From: Anthoceros angustus
Lineage: Eukaryota; Plantae; Anthocerotophyta
DNA length: 64,000 nucleotides
NCBI GenBank assembly: GCA_010909165.1
Contig: MU008181.1
Coordinates: 620,001 to 684,000 of the forward strand
Reading direction: 5' to 3'
Shown here: positions 37,601 to 48,963 of the stretch, piece after piece
Numbering within the stretch: the stretch's first letter is position 1
How the letters are laid out: each line of letters begins with the position of its first letter
The notes under the pieces: model-generated
What the model saw: only the letters and a program-made list of their open reading frames with translations
What the model was told of the DNA's origin: nothing
Database searches by the model: none
Program-made: the position numbers and the translations under genes

Positions 37601-40121
37601 GCATCTTGGGTTGTAGCTCCAGCGTGTCCTTCTTGTCCTCCATCTGCGCCTCCCTCTACCTCCTGCGGTACTCGGAGATCCTCCTATCTCCTGCGGCCCT
37701 TACTGCTCCATAGCCTTTGTCGGCCTTGAGTTAGCCTCGGCTGCCCGACTCTCTCCACGGTTCCGATCACGTCATGGTGATCCGGTCGCTCTTTTGCGCG
37801 GAGCTCGCCGCCTTTACAGGCCTCGCCCACTTGGCGCTCTGGCGGGCCGCCTCCGCGGTCCGAGCTCTCTGCTTGTGCCGGGCCTCTTAGCCTCTGCTGC
37901 GCTTCCCCTCTTCGCTGCAAGGTCCTCCGCGCTTGGGCCTCTGAGCTTGCTTGTGTTCGCCTGTGAAGAACCTTGATCTGTGAACGCGGGCCTCGCGCTC
38001 CACCCGGCGTTTCCCTTCCTCGATCCGGCGAGGACTCCGCCTTTCCTTTGCCCCTCGCGCCTTCACTTGCTCTTGGGTTCCACCATCCTCCTCGGGTGGC
38101 CTCCACTTCACAGGTCTTCTCCTGTACTGAGAGACCCCAAAGCATTCCGTCCATGGCAGTGGCAGACTTCGCCGTGTTTCTTCCACGGAGTGAGGCCCCA
38201 CAAAGTCCGTAGTGGGAGGCATTTCTCGATCCGCCAGGACCTCCATACCCGATCCGGAGTAAGTCGGTGGGTTCTCGGACCTAATCGGGACCCTCGGGTC
38301 TGAGTGGTGGTCAGTCTCACCCTCTTTGGCCCTCTTGGCCTCTAACTCCTTTGTGCCCTCTTTCTCACGGGGCTCGGAGGAGGTGAGGGGTCAGGAGCAA
38401 GCTCTTTTGCCCCTTCACAGCCGGGGCAGGGGCCGGCTCGAGGTGGGGCTGCGCGGTGACCTCCTGCTCCTTGGGCCACGTCCCTTTCGCCCTCCTTACC
38501 TCTTGACCTCTTGCCACTCAGGTGGGCGGGGGTAAGTCGGCACCTTAGGTCTTTGCGTTGGTAAGCGGCACCGTCTTCCGCCTCTTGGCTCCGTGAGTTC
38601 GTCGGGGCTCGGCCGTCGTGGTTGTTGGTACTGCATGTGCGGGCCGCCGCGCCCTCCGGCATCGGCTCCCTCCTGTCTTGCTGCTCGGAGGGCACCAAAA
38701 GGAGGAAGGGGTCGCCTCCCAAACTTCCACAGGTGGTGAGGGGTTCGCTCAGCGTATGGAGTCGAATCCCTCCGTCCTCCTCCGAGTCCTTGGTCTTGAA
38801 GGGCGACCCCCACCTCAGGCGCCCTTGCACGCTCTACTTACAGCGGGGCCTCCGGCCTTCCGGGCGCCCGCTCAAGCTCTCCCTCCTTGAGCTCGAAATG
38901 TCCCCATACATGAATCGGTATGGGGTCGGCCCCGATAAGGCTTCTCGCTCCTTAGCTTGCGTGCCTCTGGCCAGGCAGGCGAAGATAATCCTTCCCAGTC
39001 GCTCTCTTCCCATTGGGCGCATGCGAGAATACCAGCAGGTTATCACCAAGGTGATCCACCTTGGTGGCGAGTTCAATGGACAATGATCCGGGCTACCGCC
39101 CTTACTCGTATCCGGCGGATCGGATATCAACCATCCGTTGGTTGTCATTGCGTTCGAGCCTCAACGCCGCGGCGTGGCCTATCTTCCTTAAGGGCTCGGC
39201 ACCACGCCCCTTCTTCCTCCTTGGGCGGTTGTAGGCCATCCTCGGGACCTCAAGGTCCATCGCCTCGGGTCCTCCGGAGGTTCTTGGATCGGACCTCCTT
39301 GTTGATCGCCGCATCTTCGGGCAAACTCCGGACTAGAGTAGCGTTGTCAAAGGTCGAGACCATTTGGAACACGTCCGGATGCCACTCTGCACCAATTCCC
39401 ACACTTCCTCGGCCGGGGCCGAAGTCCGGATAGCGCGGGTCACAATGTTGCGCTCCACGAGGTCCATGGCTCCCAGTTTCCGTCGGCTTTTGGGTGCCAT
39501 TGCTTTCTCCTCCTCTTGTTTGTAGCTGGCGGTCCGTGATGTTCCTCGCCGCGCGTTGCTCCAACCTTGACAGTGCGCACGCTCTAAAAGGCGCCCAAAA
39601 GGCGCGAGCCGGATTGCGGGCGCAAGGCTGTGAGGTTATGCGGAGGCTGCGCGGTGACCTCCTCCTTGGCGCGCTTGTGGAAGTAAGCTGCTGGGCGGAA
39701 GGCGCCTCTTCGTTGTCCGTAGCGCGAGTGCATGGCTTACTCGACCCTCGCTTCCGCCTTGCGGCCTTCGCCGCGCGCGTGAATACCTGCCTGCGGCCTC
39801 ACAGCAGGTTCACGGTCTGGCCTCACATGCCCGACCTCCACTCGGGGCCGTCCGTGGCGCGCCTCGTCATCCTCACGCCTCGCTCCTAGGTTACTTTCCT
39901 GGCGTACTTATCCTATTTTGACTGAGTGGGTTAGGACTTATCCGTTACTCCGGCGTAGTCGGGGCTTGCCATAGTGGTCCGGGGTCCGTTGTTCCTCCAG
40001 TCGGAGTATACTCAGCCTCGTCCGGGCTACCCCAATTTATTCCTCCTTTTCCGCCTTATTTATCCTTCAATCCTAAAAAAGCAGAAACCCTACTTGTTCC
40101 CTGCTCCGAAGTGCATAGCCT
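34642..40121 (-). repeat. 5' LTR of the Gypsy element (5480 bp, includes ~1.15-kb internal tandem duplication)
   Basis: Same termini as the left LTR; at ~36263 the sequence jumps back to the equivalent of ~35110 (CGGTGACTCGGGACTCACG). Confidence 0.88.
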
Positions 40122-40637
40122 GTTGGCGAGGCTTAGGGCGCTAGGATCCTCAGATGGGTTAGCCTCGTCCTCTGAGAAAGCAAACTCGGCATGCATAGGA
40201 GGAGTGGATGTTACTCTCGTAGCTGTCTTGGGCTTCACGGAGGTGGAGCGTGGTACAGAAGGGCCGCCCATGGAGCCTTCTAGGGCACCTGCAGCCGCCT
40301 CTCTACGGCGCTGCAAGACCTCCTTAGTGGTGCCTCTTGGCCTTCCAGGTTTGCGCTTGCCAGTCTTCTCAGCAGCTCCGAGGTCTATTGCCTTCCTTTT
40401 GTTATAGGCAGCTGCTCCAGTAGAGGAGAACCGGCCTAGGGAATCGCATTCCTGGCACTGGCGCTTGGGAGGGACATTCTCAGATAAAGAAGACATCTTC
40501 TCGATCACAGCTAGCCTCCTCTCGAGATGCTCAATACAATCAAGACTCAGGGCGTAAAGAAGAACAATAAGTGGAGCGCACCTGTACTCGGGTGGCTTCA
40601 CACTGGTACAACACTCCATGGTGTCCGGAAATGTCAT
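40122..40637 (-). CDS. N-terminal part of an antisense ORF in the Copia 3' region (CxxC, AT-hook-like motif)
   Basis: About 170 open codons: KRQCQECD, GKRKPGRPRG; interrupted by the Gypsy insertion. Confidence 0.5.
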
Positions 40638-40761
40638 GAAGTTGGAGCGTAAGGCTCTACGCTACAAGATGCCGCTATGGAACTTGGGGAATCCGGAGCT
40701 CAACACCACAGTCTCACAATAAGCCCACAGCCGTGGGGACTGTCCTTGAACCATGATCAAC

Positions 40762-40963
40762 AAGTGGGAGTAATGATAGATAGTGTTGATATCATGATTA
40801 GGGTTTAGTTGGTTCATATATATTTAAGATATGTTGAGTTAGGGTTAACCATATGGTGTCGTTTCACTAGGGTTACGTCTCTAAGTGAATGGGTACCACG
40901 TTTCAACTCTAGTTTTAGTTGTCTTTATTGCATAAGCAGGTTACTTCTTTTCTTGATCCAACA
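40762..40963 (+). mobile_element. Copia PPT and putative short 3' LTR
   Basis: AAGTGGGAG, then TGTTGA (40784) to GATCCAACA (40963); there is no partner LTR to confirm it. Confidence 0.5.
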
Positions 40964-41015
40964 ATGTAATTATAAAATGAATAATTGATCTACATTTATA
41001 CATATAAATTCATTA

Positions 41016-41194
41016 GCTAGGAGACCCGCAGGTGGCGTTTGGGAAGCTACGGGACCCGCGGGTGGCGTTTGGGAAGCTAGGGGACCCGCAAGTGGCGTTT
41101 GGGAAGCTAGGGGACCCGCAAGTGGCGTTTGGGAAGCTAAGAGACCCACAGGTGGCGTTTGGGAAGCTAGGGGACCCGCAAGTGGCATTTGGGA
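41016..41194. repeat. 30-bp satellite array 3 (~6 units)
   Basis: Same GCTAGGGGACCCGCAGGTGGCGTTTGGGAA unit. Confidence 0.95.
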
Positions 41195-41400
41195 TCCTCT
41201 ATATATGCTTCGCTTGCCAGCCTGGGTACCTTTTCTGTACAGTACCTCCCTCTTCGGTCCTCTTCGATTTTCTTGTCCTGCCAAGGAGCTTTCGACAAAA
41301 AGAATATGCAAGCTTTGGGTGATATCATCGGCCCAGGCACCTTCGAGTGTGCCGTCGGGGATTTGGCGAAGTGGCAGGCTTTCTTTCCTGGGTTGTTTTG

Positions 41401-41516
41401 AGGTGAGTGATCACGGAGGTTAGTCCCCCTTGGTACGGTGCCCTTGATTGGGTTGTTCCCCCTTTTCCTTTTGGGGTAGATGAGTTTTTCCATCTCTTTT
41501 CTTAGATAAAGTCTCC
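41401..41516. repeat. Dispersed repeat related to 62281-62394
   Basis: Shared GAGG(T/C)TAGTC..GGTGCCCT..GGG.TGTTCCCC..GGGTAGAT..CCATCTCTTTT.CTT..ATAAAGTCTCCA. Confidence 0.7.
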
Positions 41517-41989
41517 ACATTCTCAGCTAAACCTCACAACTACTAACCACATAAATTAATAAAGTAGATCTAGAGATGCATGCCTCTCATGCATGGCTTC
41601 TTAGTTTTCTACAATAACTATATTAAATAATATTTTTTATAGAATATTTCTTAGATATCCTTTCTTAATCGTATGAATCATAAAGACTTAAAATTGGGCG
41701 ATCGAAGCCTAAAGGTTGGTAGGTACAAACGTTGATACGCTTTCCGCGCTAAGGACCGAACATACGTAGAGGTCCTTGCGTACACCGATTTCCAAAGCAG
41801 AGTTTGTTGCTTACTTGAGCAAAGGCAAAGGGGTCCAAACCCTGGTTAACAAATATTCAAGGTGGAACACCTGTGAACCAGGGTTTAAGGAAGCCGTTGA
41901 CAGTTTGGAGGGCGTGGGTTCGGGCCTCTCCAGGTGCCAGCAGACGAGACGAGCGTCGCGGCTTCAATTCCATGTTGTCTGCACTCTGG

Positions 41990-44068
41990 ATGCAAGGCGC
42001 CGAGTTGGATATGGATTACACGGTTTGGAGTGATATGGAGCTGGCGTACGAGCTGCAGCTGCAAGAGGCGCTGGCTGCTTCCAGAGGACAGGATTTGGCG
42101 GAAAACGATGTGGCAGCTGCAGGTGAGGAAATAGGACGCCACGTATCTGTGGTGGCGAATTTGCAGAACGATGAACGGATTAGAATGGAGACGGAAGTTC
42201 TGGATTCCAAGCGAGCTGCTGAGGATGCGGAGGAAGGCATCTGGAATCTGAAGCAGTGCCTGCATGACCGGAAAGTTGCGGAGAACATCTCAAACATGCC
42301 TGACGAGGAGTGGGATGAGGAGGGCGATGAGTATGAGGAGCCCTTTGAGGAGGAGTGCAACTTTTATAATCAGGGAGCGAACGTGTTCAAACTGTTCTTC
42401 CATGGCACCGTGGTGGACAACAGGTTTGCTGGTATGGGATGGGTTCTGTTCTCTTCCGGTGGGGAGGTTCTGTGGAGTCGGAGCAAGTATGCTGGAGAGA
42501 ATATTACAGTTCGTGCTGCAGATTATCTAGCCCTGATTGATGGATTAGCGTTTGTCCGAAACATTGGCATTAAGGTGGTTTCTGCGCATGCATGCTCGGA
42601 GCTGGTCTGCAATCAGGTGACTAGGCGTTAGTTTTCGGACTTGCATGTGGCTTGGCTACTGGTGTTTCTGCTCAGTTGCACATTGTCTGTGCTGTCTTTT
42701 AACAGAGATTTTTTTTTTGTGTTGTGGTAGGTATCTGGTGTGTGGAATGTAGCTTTTCCCGATTTGCGTTTGAAGTGGGAGCAGGTTATGGAGCACGTGA
42801 GGGAGCTCGAGGAATTTGAAGTGGTTCGTATCCCTATAGCAGGAAACGCTATTGCAGTTCGCTTGGCAAGAGAGGGGGCCGAAGCCGGAAGACTACAGGA
42901 AACGAGTGAAACTGCTGAAACAAGGGACAGCGGGGTTGCCAGTGCTTCATCATCTGGTGTGAAGTCGGAGAGCTGTGAGATATGTCTGGAGGACAAATCC
43001 TTGAGTGAGATGTTCCTGGTGCAGGGGTGTAATCACTCGTTCTGTGAAAAGTGTATGAGGCAACATACTAGTATCCAAGTGCAGGAAAATCAAATACCTG
43101 TAAAGTGCCCACATGTGAATTGCACCAAAGCCCTGGCAACAGAGGAGTGTAGAGTGCTCTTGTCTCCCAATAAGTTTGAAAAACTCAGGATGAGACAGGC
43201 AGAAGCAGAGATTCCTGAGGCAGAGCGGATATATTGTCCATATCCAAATTGCTCTTTACTGATGTCAAGACGGGAGGTTGACGTCAGTGGACAGGCCAGT
43301 TCATCCAGTGGTGCAGGAGCTCAACGCCCTGGCAAGCTTGAATGCCGCTCTTGCTCCCGATGGTTCTGTGCTGATTGCAAAGTTCCCTGGCACGGTCCGA
43401 TGAGTTGTGCAGAGTATCAGGCGCTCCCTCCTGACCTCAAACAAGCTGAAGACGCAAAGTTATACGAGCTTGCGAAGAACTTGAAGTGGCAGCGTTGTGG
43501 AAAGTGCAATCGCATGATTGAGCTGGCAGAGGGTTGCTTTCATTTGACATGCTTGTGAGTTCTTGATCCATCCCATGCATAAGATACAGAAGCTGTGCCA
43601 TTTTGTTTCTTCAGTCACCTAGCATATTGTTAGATATCTACTAATGGTACCTTGTGCTTGCTCAGGTGTGGCCACCAGTTTTGTTACAAATGTGGAGCAC
43701 CATGGCTAAACAGCAAGCAGACCTGTTCTTGTGAGCTTTGGGACGAGAGAAATATATTGCACCAACTCGATGGGTTAGGCATGCCTGGGTTCGATCGGGG
43801 AGTCATGTATATGCCCGATAGGGCAGCCGCTTATAGGCCCGATGGGATAGTCATGGCTGATAGGTTCTGGGATGATTCAGACGAAGAAGACGAAGAAGAC
43901 GAAGAGGCCCGAGAAGAATTTATCCTGTTTATTGAGCGTATGAACGCTCGGGATGCGGTACCCGGAGCCGCTTACAGAACTCAGATTTGCAGATATTGGA
44001 GGAGAGGCTACTGTCGCAATGGGTACCATTGCAGGTTTGCTCATGGAGCTGAGCAGCTTAGACGGTAG
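41990..44068 (+). CDS. RBR (RING-IBR-RING) E3 ligase with degenerate N-terminal RNase H-like domain and C-terminal CCCH zinc finger; 3 exons
   Basis: Exons ~41990-42616, 42731-43554, 43666-44068 with GT-AG introns. LAYELQLQEALAAS; RING1 CEICLED..C.HSFCEKC..CP; IBR YCPYPNCS..CRSC..FCADCKVPWH; RING2 CGKCNRMIELAEGCFHLTCLCGHQFCYKCG; CCCH YRTQICRYWRRGYCRNGYHCRFAHG. Start codon uncertain (41972, 41990 or 42011). Confidence 0.93.
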
Positions 44069-44644
44069 TACATCGTGTGAAGGTGTGACGAATATCGTCA
44101 CGGCAGAAAAGCATTTGATTAGACTCCATCTGTTTTGATCGTGACCAGTCTGTCGATCTTTCGCTTTTGAAAGAGCCGTGGTTGTTGAACAAAGCTTAAC
44201 GGCGTCCAGAAATGCGGACAGCTATGCAACTCTCTTTTCACACGCAAGGTAGAGCGTCCTGCAGAGCTCGAAGACCTTGAGCCTACGAGCACCAACTCGC
44301 TGCCTTACTTCAAGCAATACATGCGATTCCCCGCTTGCATAGCATGGAGCCTGCTTGTGTCGATAGGCCTGCACTCGATTACTCCAATGCAGCTTATCGA
44401 AGCTTAAACTCACAATCGCCTCTCTTCTACGGGCTTGTGAAAAGCAACACCGATGTAAGTAGATTTCGCGTCAGATTCACTGGAGCTCCAAGATTCACTT
44501 GGAGCTTGCTGGCGTGCCTGACAAAGTCGGTTGCTGGGCAAGCTCTAATCCAGAGAGGAGCAAAGGGCGTACAGTACTCCCTGGTAGTGACCTGCTTCAG
44601 CAACTTTGTGAGACTCAGATTTGCCACGGGACTGAGGACGGGGT

Positions 44645-45339
44645 ATGGCCTCCATAGCCGTGGGGAGCAGGCTGGCCGCCACCCAGCACTTGGTGCAGCC
44701 CTCTCAGGTGAGCCCCTCGTTCTTCCCTCTTCACCGGGGATGCCTGGAGTCCGTGGCTCACTTAAGACGAAGGCTATGCTCACGATGCTCTTACCTATTG
44801 CAAGTCCTAGCTTGGCATTCCACGGGTTGGCCTTCCAGGGACATGACGCTTCTCGCTACTCTGCAGAAAATTCAGCTTTGTCAGAGATTCCCAAGCAAGA
44901 AAGTTAGGAGAGCACCTACGACATCAGGGAGCGGGTCGGATAGAGACGACAGCAGCGACAAGGGGAAAGGCAAGTGAGTCGGGGCTTCTCAGTGTGAGGC
45001 TGGATCAGGCACTTTTCCCCTGGATGTCACAGTTTAGATGAAGAATCCTGTGGGCTCTCTTTTGCAGGTGAAACACCACCAGTGGACTGGGACAATGCTT
45101 GGTCCAGCTACCGAAAACAGAAGAAAGTGAATCCCTTCAAGATCGATATGGAGAAGTATGTCAGTCGCCGGCCGACCCGGTCTGACTATCCCTTGAGAGA
45201 AGAAATTGATCCGTTGCGCAAGACCGAGAGATCGGCTTTGGGTGCTTGGACAGATCCTAGATTCACTTACGCAGGCGTTGGAGTCATCCTTGGGTTGTTT
45301 GTGTACATGGTGATCATTGTTGGGCCACCTCCTTCATGA
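44645..45339 (+). CDS. Small conserved plastid-type membrane protein of unknown function; 2 exons
   Basis: Exon 44645-44969 (transit-peptide-like MASIAVGSRLAA); intron 44970-45067 GC-AG; exon 45068-45339 DWDNAWSSYRKQ..MEKYV..EEIDPLRKTERSALGAWTDPRFTYAG plus a TM helix. Confidence 0.75.
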
Positions 45340-46095
45340 GAGAGCAGATTGTCATCCTGCTTCAGCAGATCAGGGCCTCCCTGCAATTGTCCTGTACGTA
45401 TGTAGAGGGTTGTGAGACATATTGCAAAATGAGCCGTGGTTGTGATATCTGCATCTATGCCGGATTCACGTCTGGTCAGTCATTTGTACAGAGTTGGAAG
45501 ATTCTGGATCCCTACCATGGTCCAGGTGGCTAGGGGATAGAAATTTTCAGCAAGAAGATGCTGGGTTTGTATATCTGTCCTTCTGAAATTCAATTTGGAT
45601 TGGTCTTGCAAATACCCAAGCAACCTTAAAAGATGGGGAAAATGAGCTATGAATTGCGGGGAATGTCTGTATGCACTTGAGATGACATACTCTTGGGCTC
45701 CGTTGCGAGGGACACAGCAACCTGCTCTTGTTGGTAAGGCGGCAACGCGAAGATCACGGGTGGCTTGAGATTGTTGTCGTCCGGTCTATTCCCAGCGTAT
45801 GTTCTAAATTCGGTTTCGTTTTTCGTCAAGCAAAGCCAAGGGTTTTGTGGCGAGGCTGCCGAATCCAAAAAAGAAGCGTCAACGTAGGGGGAAATCGGGG
45901 AACTGCTTTGGCGCAGCGGGTGACCCAGAGGCTGAACTGACGATAGAGTGATGAGCTATGGACAACAGGATGGAGAGCAGTTTGTTCGTTTTCACATTGG
46001 ATCCCGGTGTAAGCTGTGCATGTTGCCGTTGCCAATCTGTCGTCTGTCTTGCGTTGTGCCTGTGGGCCTTAGGTTTATCTGCTCTGCTTCCACAG

Positions 46096-47559
46096 GATCT
46101 GAAAAGGGTGCGGAGTAATCTGAGTGCTCTTGCACGTCCGAGAGAGCGCTCGGCCGGGGAGCCTCCCCGGGCTCGTAGCTCCACATCTGAAGCAGGTACG
46201 AGCAACTCGACCTTGTCAAAATTGGCCTACTTGGATAAAGTTTGAGTGGCAAGTAATGGAGGACCAGCTCAAGAGGCCAAACAGGGTTCCTCGTTGAAAA
46301 GGCAGCTGCCCCCTTCTGATTCTGAAGTGCCTCAAGACGGAAGTGGGACCAAGGTGCATCATACGGGATTGTTTGGAGCAGCATCTCTTGCTCGGAATAA
46401 GGTAGTACGTGTTTCTGTTACCAAGAAGATGCAGTGTATGCCTGGTGTTCATGGATGCTCAGGGTTTTGGTGGCTCCTCATGATAGGGCGAGTACACTTT
46501 GGAGTATGACGGTGCCGCAAAGGGCAACCCTGGTCCTGCTGGTGCCGGTGCACTGCTTAAAGATCCAAGTGGGATGGTGGTGAGTGTAGACCACAGGTCA
46601 TCTGTCTTGGAGCATCAGTAGTTGTAATAACCTGGTTCTGGTCTGGCTCATGGGCAGATCTTTGAGCAGTCCCTGGGGTTGGGCAGAACAACGAACAATG
46701 TTGCAGAGTATCGGGGCTTGATTGCTGGGATGAGGGCTGCTCTGGAACGTGGAGTCAGTCATCTAACAGTCAAAGGGGATTCGGACCTTGTCTGCAAACA
46801 GGTGCTGTACAGGAGAAAAGTAGCTCATTCTCCGTGTTTGTCCTCTTGGACGAAGTGACCCGTCACTTCGCTGCTCTGTTTCAGGTCAATGGTGAGTGGA
46901 AAGTCAACAAACCACATTTGGCAGTTTTGTGTAAAGAGGCACAGTGGCTCAAAGGGAGGTTTGCCAAATGCAAGATCGTTCATGTCTTTAGGGTTGGTAT
47001 TTCGATTCCGGGTGCATCAATTGACTGACTAGAATAATCAGGGTATTCTTCCTCATGCATGCCGCTAGATTATAGCATATCGGTGATCTTCCCCACAGAT
47101 GCTGCTAAATTGATATTCTTTTACCTGATCCACTTGCCAGGAGAGCAATGCGGCAGCTGACAGCTTGGCAAACAGGGGTGTAGGGCTTCCAGGTAATAAG
47201 AGCTGTAATTTCACCGTATTCTCCACTGAGAATGAACATATCATCTGGTCACAGCTGAGCTAAGCTTATGAGCGCAACCTGTGTTCATGCAGAAGAGAAG
47301 TTTGTCAGCGAGTTTGCATAGAAGCTGTGGCTACTGTGTCCTGAATGGATGTCCTGGCGGTACGGGCCCCACTACCCAGATCAGACAATGGATGTCCCCA
47401 AGAGTTCTCGATGCCTTCAGTGCAGATGGTGCCGAGTATGGGGCTGACTTGTTGCACCATAGCCAGCTGGCTTTGCAGGTTGAGGAAGGTGTGCATCGCA
47501 AGCCTACAACAAGTCCTCCGCAGACCTCCATTTTTTCATGCTTAAACTTATGTCGCTGA
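46096..47559 (+). CDS. RNH1: Ribonuclease HI, multi-exon; 5' end and last exon uncertain
   Basis: Exons encode EYTLEYDGAAKGNPGPAGAGALL (~46490-46579), TTNNVAEYRGLIAGM..VKGDSDLVCKQ (46659-46801), VNGEWKV..HVFR (46886-46993), ESNAAADSLAN (47141-47192); all four catalytic acidic residues are present. Confidence 0.88.
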
Positions 47560-48509
47560 CCCGTACTAGTATTCAGCCTGATGGCTTTCAAACGAGTGGA
47601 CTCCTGCTCATGGCGTCAAGGGGAGACTCCAACTTGGAATCCCCCTTTGACGCGACAGGCCTCGGTTGTGAGTTTTTTTGAGAGAGAAACCATCACAACG
47701 AGCTCGTGGGAGCCGTACCAGAGCAACGACTGCAGGCTGCGAGAAGTCAGAGGAACGCGCTCACGGAGAGCGCGTCTTCAGCTCTATCTGCTCGCTTGCA
47801 CACGGAAGACAGGCACGTCGCCGAGGAGACCAGCTCTTCGCCAAAGCTCCCGGCGGGTCACGTCACCGTGAGGTCTGGCTGGCTCTCCACTTACCACCAA
47901 ACGAATCGTGCTTTCCGCAACCTACGAGTGTGACGCAACGATTTCTGCTCACGTCGCACATGGGGCAATTTGTTCCGTGGAGTAAACTAGACTACTAGTA
48001 CTTGCTCCACAGAGTAAACTAGGCTGCTAGCACCGGAGGCTGAATGGGAGCTTTATCGTTGGTGGCCGGCATCTCAAGAGTGTAACCTAATCAATTTTGA
48101 AGTTATGCAAGCCTTATCACAAGGCCGTATGAAAAGCAAATTACCTGGAAACACAATCCAAAATCACATGCATTCCACAAAACAATGCTTCACATGTTGA
48201 ACTGGGTAGGAATTCAACTTTCCCCATACCTAGCGGGTTACTAACTTGTGCTTGTTAGATGAGAAATAGCGGTTTACGCTACATGTTTCTAGCTTGAGGC
48301 TAATGCTTTGCGATCTGTATAGTAGTTTGCGTTACATGTTTACTGCAGGCTTACCGAGTCCTGCGACCCCAACCTTCCTCAAAAGTTTCAGAGTTGATTT
48401 CATCATGGCTTCCATCTTGTGGCATTTTAAGAGGACTTTACACATCAACGGATTTTGCAGAAGAGGGAAGAAACAATATCGTGCAACCAGGACGAGATTG
48501 ACAAACAAG

Positions 48510-48963
48510 ATGCCGATGAATCTCCAAATTCCTCCTGATATGGCAACAAGCATTATCAATAGGCTTACCTGGTTTGATGTTCTCAGCTTGCGACATATCT
48601 GCACTTGGTGGCATAGCATAATTGATGAGCATACAAGTCTGGTTGTTGCACGGGCTGCTGCACAAGAGACCAGGGTTGCAGTGTGGCTAATCATCCACAC
48701 AACAAACCAAGTTACAAGTGATGCACATGGTGAGATCTTTTTCAGAGTTCTTCTCGAAGGTTGGAATGTCATGATTGGCCATTGGGAAGACATCCTGCTA
48801 CTTTCCCCTTAGTAAGGCTTTCATCCGACGACTCCATCTTATATGGCTCGCAGATGGACCATTATCCAGCTTAGCTTTGCTCGCAATGGGGACTAATCGA
48901 CATGTCTTAATTGTTTGCAACCCTTACACTAAGAGATGTCTGTGTCTTCCAAATCCTTCGTAA
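48510..48963 (+). pseudogene. Truncated F-box protein pseudogene
   Basis: IPPDMATSIINRLTWFDVLSLRHICTWWHSII (F-box), then after a frameshift ADG..LIVCNPYTKRCLCLP followed by a stop. Confidence 0.7.

Larger units (their letters stand above)
24700..40121 (-). mobile_element. Ty3/Gypsy non-chromoviral (Athila/OTA-like) LTR retrotransposon with very long LTRs
   Basis: TSD GTTGG at 24695-24699 and 40122-40126. LTR ends TGTGGC..GCCACA. PBS TGGCGCCGCTGGG (minus strand, 34626-34641). PPT GAGAAGGGAG (minus strand, 29090-29099). Domain order gag-PR-RT-RH-INT. Confidence 0.92.
12935..40963 (+). mobile_element. 5'-truncated Ty1/Copia retrotransposon carrying two nested insertions
   Basis: RT 12935-13752 rejoins 23331-24160 in frame across the TTAA TSD (VLTL/TQPRYLL). 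The 3' region rejoins across the GTTGG TSD. PPT AAGTGGGAG at 40762-40770; putative LTR TGTTG..CAACA at 40784-40963. No gag, integrase or 5' LTR. Confidence 0.85.

Noticed and set aside
24700-40121. Dating the Gypsy insertion from LTR divergence
   Set aside because: Differences are dominated by small deletions that look like sequencing or consensus error.
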